Positions 54,088-62,692 of a stretch of DNA of 64,000 nucleotides are shown here, one piece after another (position 1 is the first letter of the stretch; every line of letters starts with the position of its first letter). Origin of the DNA: an uncultured Candidatus Saccharibacteria bacterium (GTDB lineage: Bacteria > Patescibacteriota > Minisyncoccia > Phycocordibacterales > UBA9973); NCBI GenBank assembly GCA_964645245.1, contig CAZYBS010000003.1, forward strand, positions 9,366-73,365, in the 5' to 3' direction. The notes beneath the pieces were generated by a model that was not told the DNA's origin, searched no databases, and saw nothing but the letters and a program-made list of their open reading frames with translations. The position numbers were made by a program, and so were the translations under genes.

Positions 54088-54901
54088 AAAAATAAAGAGA
54101 AAAAAGTTTCTGTATGTTGTGTTTTTTGCCATTATTTTACTTATCTTGTTTTATTTTAGATTAGGTATTTTCAGCGGTCTGGCTTATGCTAGTCATAAAA
54201 TTTTTCGTCCTGTTTTAATTTTAGGGAATAATATTGGTGAAAAAGTTTCCAATCTTGGTTCATTTTTTGTTTCCAAAAATTCTCTTTATAAACAAAATGA
54301 AAATCTTAAATCTCAATTAAATGAAAATAAAGCAATGATGATAAATTATAATTCTGTCCTGGCTGAGAATATTAACCTTAAAGAAATCCTGGGCAGGAAA
54401 AAAGAGCAAACTAATTTTATTTTGTCCGCTATATTGTCCAAACCGAACCAAAGTCTTTATGACACGCTGATTATTGACGTAGGCACAAATGGGGGAGTAA
54501 AAATAGGAAACATAATTTTTGCCCTCGGTAATGTGCCTATCGGGCGTGTGTCGGATGTCTACCAAAGTTCTTCAAAAATTATATTGTTCTCAAATGCAGG
54601 TGAAAAGACACAAGTAGTAATTGCTCCTAAGGATACCCGCCCGAACGACCGGAGTCGTCCGGTCGGGCAGGTTTTTATAGAGATAGTCGGGCGAGGGGGA
54701 GGGAATTTTGAAATGGCTTTACCAAGAGATTTCACGCTCTCCAAAGGAGATCAGATAGTTTTGCCTGGTATTAATCCTTATGTTTTAGGCACTGTTCAGA
54801 CGATAATTTCCGATCCGCGTGATCCTTTTGTCAAGGCTTTGCTGGTCAGTCCGGTGAATATACAAGAGCTTAAATTTGTGGAAGTAGAGTTGCAAAAGTA
54901 A
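54068..54901 (+). CDS. mreC: Rod shape-determining protein MreC
   Basis: N-terminal TM, coiled coil ENINLKEIL, IIDVG...GV, follows mreB. Confidence 0.85.
   Translation: MSYLLDRKIKRKKFLYVVFFAIILLILFYFRLGIFSGLAYASHKIFRPVLILGNNIGEKVSNLGSFFVSKNSLYKQNENLKSQLNENKAMMINYNSVLAENINLKEILGRKKEQTNFILSAILSKPNQSLYDTLIIDVGTNGGVKIGNIIFALGNVPIGRVSDVYQSSSKIILFSNAGEKTQVVIAPKDTRPNDRSRPVGQVFIEIVGRGGGNFEMALPRDFTLSKGDQIVLPGINPYVLGTVQTIISDPRDPFVKALLVSPVNIQELKFVEVELQK
54636..54671. repeat. 36-bp CCCGCC...GGCAGG insertion in mreC (RPNDRSRPVGQ)
   Basis: cccgcccgaacgaccggagtcgtccggtcgggcagg. Confidence 0.85.
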
Positions 54902-55014
54902 TTTTGCTTTTGATAAATGCACCAGTCCGAAAGCCGGAAATTGCCCAAAATTCATTGCATTTTATAGACAGCTTGATATACTAACCTTATTCTACTTTAA
55001 TTCAAAAGAAAGAG

Positions 55015-56412
55015 GTGAAGAAAAAAATAAAAAAACCGGGGAAAAATTGGAAGAAATTTTGGAAGCTGGGAAATGAAGAATTCAACACCCAGTATTTTGA
55101 CGTCACTAAAGACGGGGAGCTGGTAGTACAAGAAGGGAATTATGTTTACAACCTAAATGAGATTGTAAAAAAATACGGCACGCCCACCGAAATCGTTTTT
55201 CCTTTTATCCTGGAGGAACGTTTGGAAGATTTACAGGACTACTTCCGCGCTTATATGAAAATAGGGGGATATCACGGAAAGTTTTATTATCATTACCCCA
55301 TGAAGGTTAACCAAAATAAGGAGTTTATCCTGCCGCTCATTTCCGAAGGAGCGCATATGGAGGTTGGCTCAGTTAATGAATTATGGCTGGTGAAAAAGAT
55401 GTGGGAAGGCGAGAAGTTTCATTCCAAAATTCGAGTATTTTGCAATGGGCCAAAAACAGAAGCCTACATAAAACTGATAGAGGAATTGCGGTCTAAAAAT
55501 CTGTCAATTATGCCGATTATAGAAGATGAACATGAGCTGGAGAGGTTTGCCAAATATAAAGGGGACGTAGGTATTCGGGTTAATTTGGATACCAAAGCGG
55601 ATACTCACTGGGATAAAAGAGTTGACCGTTTTGGTTTTTCCAACAAGGAGCTTTTAGACCTACCGAAGATGAAAAATTTAAAAGTCCTTCATTATCACAT
55701 CGGCTCACAGGTCAATAGCGCTACGAGCATAATGAAGCCTATTGAAGAAGCGATGAATTTGTATATAAAATTGGTGAAAAATCATCCTAATTTAGATACT
55801 CTGGACGTGGGCGGAGGCTTTGGTGTCCCTTATGAGAAAAAATCTTTTTATGGGGCCAAAAAAGTTTCTGAGAAAATAGTTCGCCTGCTAAAAAAGATGA
55901 GCGATGATACCGATATTCGGCATCCGAATTTAGCTGTAGAATGGGGTAGATATATTGTCGCACCGGCCCAAATCACTATTTACAATATTATTGCGGAAAA
56001 ACCGATTCCGAAAGCGAATGCGAAGTCCTGGTATGTGATTGACGGAAGTTTTATGAATGACCTTTTAGACACTTGGGCCATTCATCAAAAATGGCATATC
56101 GTTCCGGTGAACCACGCCAATACTTCTGCTTTTAAGAGTGTCTGGCTGGCCGGGAGCTCTTGCGACTCGGATGATAAATATACATCCGGTGGTAGCTATA
56201 TATTGATGCCAAAGTTGAAAGAAGGCGAAGCTCAATACTTGGCAATTTTTGATACTGGCGCTTATCAGGACGCTCTGGCTTCGCATCATTGCTTGCTTTC
56301 TTCACCCGCTAAATTGATTGCTCAAGACGGCACCATAAAAATTGCCCGCAAGCGCGAGACTCCCGACTCCATCGGCAAGCTCTTCGGCTGGAACAATGGG
56401 GACCACAAATGA
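55015..56412 (+). CDS. PLP fold-III decarboxylase, likely arginine decarboxylase
   Basis: YPMKVNQ, EVGS, CNGPK, HYHIGSQ, DVGGG, EWGRY, CDSDD, GAYQ. Confidence 0.8.
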   Translation: MKKKIKKPGKNWKKFWKLGNEEFNTQYFDVTKDGELVVQEGNYVYNLNEIVKKYGTPTEIVFPFILEERLEDLQDYFRAYMKIGGYHGKFYYHYPMKVNQNKEFILPLISEGAHMEVGSVNELWLVKKMWEGEKFHSKIRVFCNGPKTEAYIKLIEELRSKNLSIMPIIEDEHELERFAKYKGDVGIRVNLDTKADTHWDKRVDRFGFSNKELLDLPKMKNLKVLHYHIGSQVNSATSIMKPIEEAMNLYIKLVKNHPNLDTLDVGGGFGVPYEKKSFYGAKKVSEKIVRLLKKMSDDTDIRHPNLAVEWGRYIVAPAQITIYNIIAEKPIPKANAKSWYVIDGSFMNDLLDTWAIHQKWHIVPVNHANTSAFKSVWLAGSSCDSDDKYTSGGSYILMPKLKEGEAQYLAIFDTGAYQDALASHHCLLSSPAKLIAQDGTIKIARKRETPDSIGKLFGWNNGDHK

Positions 56413-56452
56413 ATCAGGTTCTAGTAGTTAAATTCTAGGTTTTAGAATATAT

Positions 56453-56923
56453 ATGAAAAATTATTTTATTGGTTTTGCTGTATTAGTTATTTTTTTTGTA
56501 TCTTATCACTCTTGGACGGCCGTCAATTTTGATAATATAAAATATGTTCGGATAGCCGGGCAGAATATTAAAGTTGAACTTGCTTTGACCGAAAGGGAGC
56601 AAGAAAAAGGGCTTTCCGGAAGAAGCGGACTCGAAGAAGATAAAGGCATGTTGTTTGTTTTTTCCGCCCAAGGCGGATTCGCCTCTGGCGGAGATAAAGC
56701 TAACCACCCTAGATTTTGGATGAAGGATATGAATTTCGCAATAGATATAATTTGGATTGGGGAGGATTTACGAATAGTTTACATAAAAAAAGATGCTCGG
56801 CCCGAATCTTATCCGGAAACTTTCGGCTCTGACCAAAATTCCAAATATGTTTTGGAAGTTATTGCCGGTTTCGCGGATAAAAATAATTTGAAAAAAGGGG
56901 ATAGGGTGAAGCTCGTTTACTAA
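56453..56923 (+). CDS. DUF192 family protein
   Basis: VELA...GLSGR, GMLFVF, FWMKDM, DIIWI, YVLEV. Confidence 0.88.
   Translation: MKNYFIGFAVLVIFFVSYHSWTAVNFDNIKYVRIAGQNIKVELALTEREQEKGLSGRSGLEEDKGMLFVFSAQGGFASGGDKANHPRFWMKDMNFAIDIIWIGEDLRIVYIKKDARPESYPETFGSDQNSKYVLEVIAGFADKNNLKKGDRVKLVY
56663..56692. repeat. 30-bp double-hairpin insertion in the DUF192 gene (SAQGGFASGG)
   Basis: tccgcccaaggcggattcgcctctggcgga directly after GMLFVF. Confidence 0.85.
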
Positions 56924-56989
56924 CAAAAGTAAAAAATTCTACTATAAAACCGATCGGAATTGTGGTAGAATTAAGAAAATTACAAAAGA

Positions 56990-57012
56990 AAACTCCGCCT
57001 TATGGGCGGAGT
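56990..57012 (-). terminator. Hairpin terminator between the DUF192 gene and rnpB
   Basis: actccgcc-ttatg-ggcggagt with adjacent A run. Confidence 0.55.
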
Positions 57013-57024
57013 CTCCATTTTTTG

Positions 57025-57328
57025 TTGCAGGCATCTATAAGCCGAATTCTGTATTCCCGACGCAAGGTCGGGATGATAGCAATTTGTCTAGGTCCGGCAT
57101 TACTGCGGGACTCAAGCGATTCTTCCCTCGATTTCTCTCGGGGCACGATCTTGCACAGGAGTAAGTATTTAGCCGTTTCAGCCGGACTTAACCGGGTCGT
57201 TTCTGTTCGCAACTCCGTATCACTACGGAAGGGTATTACCCTCTACTTTTTCCCGCTAAGCGGGATCTGTGTTCGGACTTTCCTCCCCTCACCTCTAGAG
57301 GTGAGGGGTAGCTATCCAATACCTGCTC
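57025..57328 (-). ncRNA. rnpB: RNase P RNA
   Basis: Minus strand GAGGAAAGTCCGAAC, GTGCAAG, CTAGACAAATTG, ACAGAATTCGGCTTA; terminal P1 GCAGG/CCTGC. Confidence 0.93.
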
Positions 57329-57427
57329 AGAAAGTTTACAATACTTGCATTCTTTTCGCAAGTATGCTATACTCATTTTGTGAGTGTGAGGTAAGACTCA
57401 CATTTATCGTAAACAACATAAGTGCCA

Positions 57428-57458
57428 CAAAAGTCCGCTGATGAGGCGGACTTTTGTT
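57428..57458 (+). terminator. Intrinsic terminator upstream of the agmatinase gene
   Basis: aaaagtccgc-tgatgag-gcggactttt. Confidence 0.7.
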
Positions 57459-57494
57459 TGCAAGTAAGTTTAAAATATACTATTCTAAATTAAA

Positions 57495-58397
57495 ATGATA
57501 GACTCAATTTTTAGCGCGAAAAATATGGATGAAGCTGATGCAGTTATCGTTTCTGCCCCATATGAGAAGACAGCTTCCAGCAGAAAGGGTACAGCCAAAG
57601 GCCCGAAGGCCATCATCCATATGCTTGATTCAAAGCTGGAGCTTTTTGATCGCAATTACAAAATACAACCTTGCGATAAAATAAAAATCGCCGTTAAGGA
57701 TTTAGGAAATATTAATTCATTTTCACCAAGGAAAGCACTCCTGAAGATTGCGACTGAATGTGGGAAAATTTTAGATAAGAATAAATTTGTATTTTTACTT
57801 GGTGGCGAGCACTCAGTCTCGCTCGGACTCTTTCAGGCGCTGGCTAGAAAAGTAAACCCAAAAGATGTGACCATTTTACACATAGACGCGCACTGCGACT
57901 TGCGCAACGATGACTCAGACTTCAGTTTGAAGCCAACCGAATTTTCACATGGATGTGTATTGCGTCGCGCTCATGAACTCGGATATAATCTAGTCCAAGT
58001 TGGTATCCGCACATATTACAAAGGTGAATATAAATATTTTATTAAACACAAAAATACCATAAAAGTGTTTGAATGGGGTAATGGCAAGAAAATCCCAAGC
58101 ACTGCGGAAATATTAAAATCAATTAAAACTAAAAAAGTTTATATTACAATAGACGCGGATGGTTTTGACCCGGCTTATATGCCCGGTACTGGTACAGCTG
58201 TGCAGGGAGGATTAGAATGGTGGTATGGGGTAGAACTCATTGAGCGCGTCATAGACCAAAAAGAATTAATTGGAGCTGACATCGTGGAAGTTTCTCCGAT
58301 GCGCGATTCTATTCTCACCGAATACGGCGCCGCCCAGCTTTGCTACACGATGATAGCGCATAAGTTCAGGGGAAAATTAAAACCTAAACTAATTTAG
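57495..58397 (+). CDS. speB: Agmatinase (ureohydrolase family)
   Basis: GGEHS, DAHCD, SHG, QVGIR, TIDADGFDP, GTG, DIVE. Confidence 0.88.
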   Translation: MIDSIFSAKNMDEADAVIVSAPYEKTASSRKGTAKGPKAIIHMLDSKLELFDRNYKIQPCDKIKIAVKDLGNINSFSPRKALLKIATECGKILDKNKFVFLLGGEHSVSLGLFQALARKVNPKDVTILHIDAHCDLRNDDSDFSLKPTEFSHGCVLRRAHELGYNLVQVGIRTYYKGEYKYFIKHKNTIKVFEWGNGKKIPSTAEILKSIKTKKVYITIDADGFDPAYMPGTGTAVQGGLEWWYGVELIERVIDQKELIGADIVEVSPMRDSILTEYGAAQLCYTMIAHKFRGKLKPKLI

Positions 58398-58400
58398 ATT

Positions 58401-59423
58401 TTAATTTAAACCACATTCTTCTATCAATTTATTTGCTTCTGCAGGATTTGCTTTGCATTCCAGAAGCGCGGAGAGGATCAGGGGAGCCACGATCGTGGCA
58501 TCAGATTCTATGATGAACATCGGGGTGTCTTTGGTCAGTTTGTCCCAGGTGATTTTTTCATTCGGGGTTGCGCCGGAATATGAGCCATAGGAAGTGGTAG
58601 AATCGGAAATCTGGCAGAAGTACGCCCAGGGCCTGGCTTTAACTTTCATGTCGTATTTGAGCGATGGCACGACGCATATCGGAAAATCCCCGGCGATGCC
58701 TCCGCCGATCTGGAAAAAGCCTATTCCTTGCCCCCGGGAGAGCTTTTGGTATTGGTCGTAGAATGCCGTCATGTATTCTATGCCGCTCTTGGCGATAGAT
58801 GCATTTGCATCACCGAGCTTCACATGCGAGGCGAAGATATTGCCGAAGGTTGAGTCTTCATAGCCGGGCACAACCATGGGAAGATTATTCTCGGCGGCGG
58901 CCAAGAGCCAGCATTCTTCCATTTTGCCTTCGTGCTTTTTCTTATCAATCGCTTGAATCAAATCATAAAAATATTCGTGCCAGAATTTGCGGGTGCCTTC
59001 TTTGGTGGCCTTTTCCCAAACAGGTACGATAAGTCCCTCCACGGCGCGGAAAGCTTCATCTTCGGGAATGCTGGTATCCGTCACTCGGCGCATCCGGTTC
59101 TTCAATATCTTCGCGTCGTCTTCTTTGGTAAAATAGCGATAATTAGGGAAATCTTTGTAGCTATCATGCGCTACCAGACGGAAGAGTGATTCTTCCAGGT
59201 TCGCGCCGGTGACAGACAGGCCGTGGATTAGTCCGTGGCGGATTGCTGGTGCCAGGGTGATGCCAAGCTGGGCGGAAGACATCGCTCCGGCCACGGTCCA
59301 GAACATTTTGCCGCCTTTTTCCAAATGCTTCCAATAGGCAACCAGCGCGTCACGCGTCACGCGCGAGTTGAAGTTTTTGTAATTTTTGAGAATGAATTCT
59401 AATGTTGGAAGATTTGTGTTCAT
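58401..59423 (-). CDS. Deoxyhypusine synthase-like protein (probable homospermidine synthase)
   Basis: AGAMS, TGANLEE, IGGGIAGDF, SYGSYSGATPNEKITW, ESDATIVAPL. Confidence 0.88.
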   Translation of the reverse strand: MNTNLPTLEFILKNYKNFNSRVTRDALVAYWKHLEKGGKMFWTVAGAMSSAQLGITLAPAIRHGLIHGLSVTGANLEESLFRLVAHDSYKDFPNYRYFTKEDDAKILKNRMRRVTDTSIPEDEAFRAVEGLIVPVWEKATKEGTRKFWHEYFYDLIQAIDKKKHEGKMEECWLLAAAENNLPMVVPGYEDSTFGNIFASHVKLGDANASIAKSGIEYMTAFYDQYQKLSRGQGIGFFQIGGGIAGDFPICVVPSLKYDMKVKARPWAYFCQISDSTTSYGSYSGATPNEKITWDKLTKDTPMFIIESDATIVAPLILSALLECKANPAEANKLIEECGLN

Positions 59424-59565
59424 AATATAATAATAATTGTAGAGCAACTAGAAATGCTGTCAAGCAAAACTGCTTTAAATGAGAAGAGCGCTTGCGGTGT
59501 TGGGAAACACGTTGGGCGCTCTTGGTGGGAACGACAATAGAACATGGACGGCTCCTCTGATGAAG

Positions 59566-59988
59566 TTAGTTTACCCGGGTAGAGGAAACTTTCTCCTTCC
59601 GTTCGAGTCCTTCCTCGACAACCTCAACGAGGTCGTCGACTACCTGCTCAAGCTCAAGGATGAGGGGAACGGCCTCATCGGAACCGCTTTCACGAAGTTG
59701 CCTGGCGTTCTGAATCAGCAACTGGAGCGTCGACAGCCAGGCAAGCGTTTTTTCGGCGAGAGCGTCGGCTTTCACCGCGCGCTCTGCAAGAGACATCCGC
59801 ACCCGAGAATCGAAGGTGTTTGAGAGTTCTTCCTTCAATTCCCGCAGGTGCTTCTTCACGCAGGCGACCCGGGCCCGAAATGTCCGGAGGTTAATTTTCT
59901 TGCTCCGAATCACCCTGGCCATGACCGCGAAATCCATCAGAATACATTTCCGGGGATTTTCGGCCGCTTCGAGTGTGTCCGCAGCCAT
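59566..59988 (-). CDS. Hypothetical helical protein
   Basis: aaggaaggag SD upstream; GC-rich; amphipathic helices. Confidence 0.55.
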   Translation of the reverse strand: MAADTLEAAENPRKCILMDFAVMARVIRSKKINLRTFRARVACVKKHLRELKEELSNTFDSRVRMSLAERAVKADALAEKTLAWLSTLQLLIQNARQLRESGSDEAVPLILELEQVVDDLVEVVEEGLERKEKVSSTRVN

Positions 59989-60083
59989 AATTACTGCTCC
60001 TTCCTTAAATCAACGAAAAATCGATGAACAGCCTACTGATTCTTTGTATCAAAAAATTGAGTAGCTGTCAAACCTTAACCCTT

Positions 60084-60335
60084 TTATTCAGCTTCGGCTT
60101 TAGAAACAGTCACCCCTTCTTTTACCTTCTTAGTAACTTGCAAGCCAACCACCTCACCTTTCTTTGCCTGCTTAACCTCTTGGTGTTCAACTTGCATCGA
60201 GCTGACTGTTTGCTCAAAATCTGAGCCGTGGCCCTCGAATTTAACTTTGTCGCCCACTTTAAGACCGGTGGCCAATTCAACTATAGCCACGCCTATCTTG
60301 TCATAATAATGGGTAACTTTTCCGACCAGTTTCAT
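60084..60335 (-). CDS. Small beta-barrel protein (translation-factor/U32 C-terminal-like)
   Basis: VGKVTHYYDKIGVAIV, LKVGD, QTVSSMQ, AKKGEVVG. Confidence 0.75.
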   Translation of the reverse strand: MKLVGKVTHYYDKIGVAIVELATGLKVGDKVKFEGHGSDFEQTVSSMQVEHQEVKQAKKGEVVGLQVTKKVKEGVTVSKAEAE

Positions 60336-60394
60336 ATGGAATAATTGTACAAAAAGAGACTGCACAATGCAAGTTGCCTTGATGTATCTTTTTG

Positions 60395-60467
60395 TGGACC
60401 CTAGCGGTCTCGAACCGCTCACCTCCTCATTGCAAATGAGGCGCTCTACCAGATGAGCTAAGGGCCC
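60395..60467 (-). tRNA. tRNA-Ala(UGC)
   Basis: GGGCCCTTAGCTCATCTGGTAGAGCG, CCTCA-TTTGCAA-TGAGG, G3-U70; CCA not encoded. Confidence 0.95.
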
Positions 60468-60488
60468 CTCTGCTCGCGAGCAGAGGGG

Positions 60489-60761
60489 CTAAGGGCCCTC
60501 CACTTGCAAGCCAGACGAATTCTTTATTCTCTTTTTCAACTCTTTATATCCAGCGGAAAAACGTTTCAACATGTCTTCGCGATGTTTGGCGTCAGCTTGT
60601 GCTTTATATGCTTCATAATAAACAAGCTGAAAAGGTGCTTTGTGTTTTGTTGAAACATTTTTACCGCTATTATGTTCCACCAAACGCCTTTTCAAATCAT
60701 TTGTGTATCCAATGTATAACTCCTTTAATCTAGCACTCTTTAATACGTAAACATAATACAT
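60489..60761 (-). CDS. Small stand-alone GIY-YIG nuclease
   Basis: YYVYVL...LYIGYTNDLKRRLVEHNSG...LVYYEAY...AKHRE. Confidence 0.9.
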   Translation of the reverse strand: MYYVYVLKSARLKELYIGYTNDLKRRLVEHNSGKNVSTKHKAPFQLVYYEAYKAQADAKHREDMLKRFSAGYKELKKRIKNSSGLQVEGP

Positions 60762-60863
60762 GTTTTTGTATTCTACATTCTATCTTATTTTCTCAATAAT
60801 GCAAATTTTGTTGTTGTTTTTTCCGTCATTTCTGGTACTATGGTAAAAGTTCTTTTTAAAATA

Positions 60864-61013
60864 AATAAATTCCGGGGTAGTTGAAATACGATAGTATTTC
60901 AAAGGCGGAGGCACGAAAGGTGCCGAGTCGGGGTCGCGAGATTTTTCAGTAGAAAAATACTTGTGACCAGCGGTGTCCGCTGACCTATCTCGAATGAATA
61001 AATTCCGGGGTAG
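60864..61013. repeat. Duplication of the tRNA-Asn 5' end bracketing a multi-hairpin element
   Basis: aataaattccggggtag at 60864-60880 and 60997-61013. Confidence 0.8.
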
Positions 61014-61323
61014 CTCAGCGGTAGAGCGATCGCCTGTAGAGAGATGCAGCTTCCTAAAGAAACTTAGGAATGAAAACAAGGTGAATTCGGGGAAGCCCTT
61101 CGAGATAAACTCTCAGGGTAATCCCGAGCCAAGCTCTGGTAAGCCAGAGAAGGTGTAGAGACTATCCATTTATGGAGTACATCAACACTAAATGTTGATG
61201 GAAGCGCCTTGCTCCTAAACTTATAGCGCAGGCTATGAATATGGAGATGATATAGTCCACACTTCTAGTAATAGGAGATAAAGTGTAAGCGATTGGTCGT
61301 AGGTTCGATCCCTACCCCCGGAG
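61004..61323 (+). tRNA. tRNA-Asn(GUU), exons 61004-61037 and 61286-61323
   Basis: Joined exons give ATCGC-CTGTTAA-GCGAT anticodon arm and TCCGGGG/CCCCGGA acceptor stem. Confidence 0.92.
61038..61285 (+). ncRNA. Group I self-splicing intron (248 nt) in the tRNA-Asn anticodon
   Basis: P GAATTCGGGGAA, Q AATCCCGAGC, R GTAGAGACTA, S ATGATATAGTCC; U-G pair in P1; terminal G. Confidence 0.9.
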
Positions 61324-61506
61324 CTCGTAAAAATCTTAGGTCGCTAGAAATGGCGGCCTTTGATTTTTTGAGCTACGGGGAGAAAGCAAAATGTTTTGCT
61401 TTCGTGTAGGGAGCGAAAAGCTTTTGTGTCTTTTTAGAAACTTGTTTAAAAAAAGTACAAAAGGTATACTGCCCCTGTAAGGGGAGATAACCTACCCCCG
61501 GAGCCA
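61311..61506. repeat. Duplication of the tRNA-Asn 3' end bracketing a 180-bp structured element
   Basis: cctacccccggagc at 61311-61324 and 61491-61504 (second copy continues to complete CCA). Confidence 0.8.
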
Positions 61507-61534
61507 AATTAGATAAATGTAACAATCTAAAATT

Positions 61535-62116
61535 ATGTTCGATAATACCTGGTATTATACTTTAAGTACGATTTCGCAAACCCTAGCCGCTATATTAGCG
61601 TTAGTAGCGGTGTTTATAGTGCTACGTTTAGAAGGTTTGGGCAGAAGTATTAACGACTATCGTAGTCGAGCACTTAAAATATTAGAAATAAAGGATTTAA
61701 GTTCAAATTCTAGGGAGAAAAAAAGAAATACTATAAAAATAATCTTGGATGATCTATGTGAATTTACTCAAAATTACACAGAGTATAGAACCAAACCAGG
61801 AGTTAATGAAGATATAGGCCAATTGGCAAGCAAATACCAAAAAAATTGGCGTAGTAGCGATGACGACTTTGTTCAAGATACTCTTAACCAGCTTAATTTT
61901 TTTGTTAGCCAGAGGGATGGAGCAATCAAGTTAATTAAATGGCCAGGAATAATTATCTCGACGACCATTTGTTTATCAATTATTTTACTTAGTTTAACCT
62001 TATGGGTTATTAATAATTTATCGATAATCTTACTTGCATTGCTTGCAACCTTTTCTATATGGTCAGTTATAAGAGCTTGTTGGAAGATTTTAACGGCCAT
62101 ACAAACATTGGAATAA
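61535..62116 (+). CDS. Hypothetical membrane protein
   Basis: One N-terminal and two C-terminal TM segments; low GC. Confidence 0.6.
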   Translation: MFDNTWYYTLSTISQTLAAILALVAVFIVLRLEGLGRSINDYRSRALKILEIKDLSSNSREKKRNTIKIILDDLCEFTQNYTEYRTKPGVNEDIGQLASKYQKNWRSSDDDFVQDTLNQLNFFVSQRDGAIKLIKWPGIIISTTICLSIILLSLTLWVINNLSIILLALLATFSIWSVIRACWKILTAIQTLE

Positions 62117-62199
62117 GTTTCTAACTTTTTGTTAGCTAGTGGGGCAATGAAAAGTTTATATAACAATCGAAAATTTATATGCCCTGAATGTAGTTCAGG

Positions 62200-62690
62200 T
62201 AATTTAACTAAAACCAGACAGAGTAATTTTAGATAATGTAGTTATGGTTTCCGAAACGAGGAGAAAGGAATTAGGCAACGCTTTTGTGAATGAGGGCGAC
62301 CTGCTAATTTCAAGAAGCGGAAGCGTTGGCATAGTTTCTGTTGTGCCAAAGGAGGCGGAGAGATTTGCGTTCGGCTCTTTTATGATTAAGTTCTGCTTAA
62401 ATGATAAAATAGATAGGGATTTTGTTTCTATGTGGCTTAATAATAAAATATCCCAGTTATTCATTAAACGAGAGAAAATCGGTGCTATACAAGGCAATAT
62501 AACGATAGAGACCATTGAAAATTTACAGATACCAACTCCGCCGTTGGCAACTCAAAAGAAATTAGCGGGAGAGGTTAAAGAACGATTAGCCCAAGTAAAG
62601 AAAATAAGTGCGGAAGCCCAAGAGGAAGTTGAGAAAGCAAAAGATTCTGTTGAAAATTTGATTAAAAATCAAAATAGTTATAAAATTTAG
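62200..62690 (+). pseudogene. Truncated type I restriction-modification specificity (HsdS/TRD) fragment
   Basis: GDLLISRSGSVG, FGSF, QGNI...IPTPPLATQKKL; lacks N-terminus and partner genes. Confidence 0.7.
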
Positions 62691-62692
62691 CA

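Noticed and set aside
56962-57441. 159-aa plus-strand ORF
   Set aside because: Antisense to RNase P RNA; no protein motifs.
59479-59823. 114-aa plus-strand ORF
   Set aside because: Overlaps the minus-strand ORF 59566-59988, which has a clear SD; no motifs.
60973-61158. ORF overlapping the group I intron as a homing endonuclease
   Set aside because: 61 aa, crosses the tRNA exon and has no LAGLIDADG, HNH or GIY-YIG motif.
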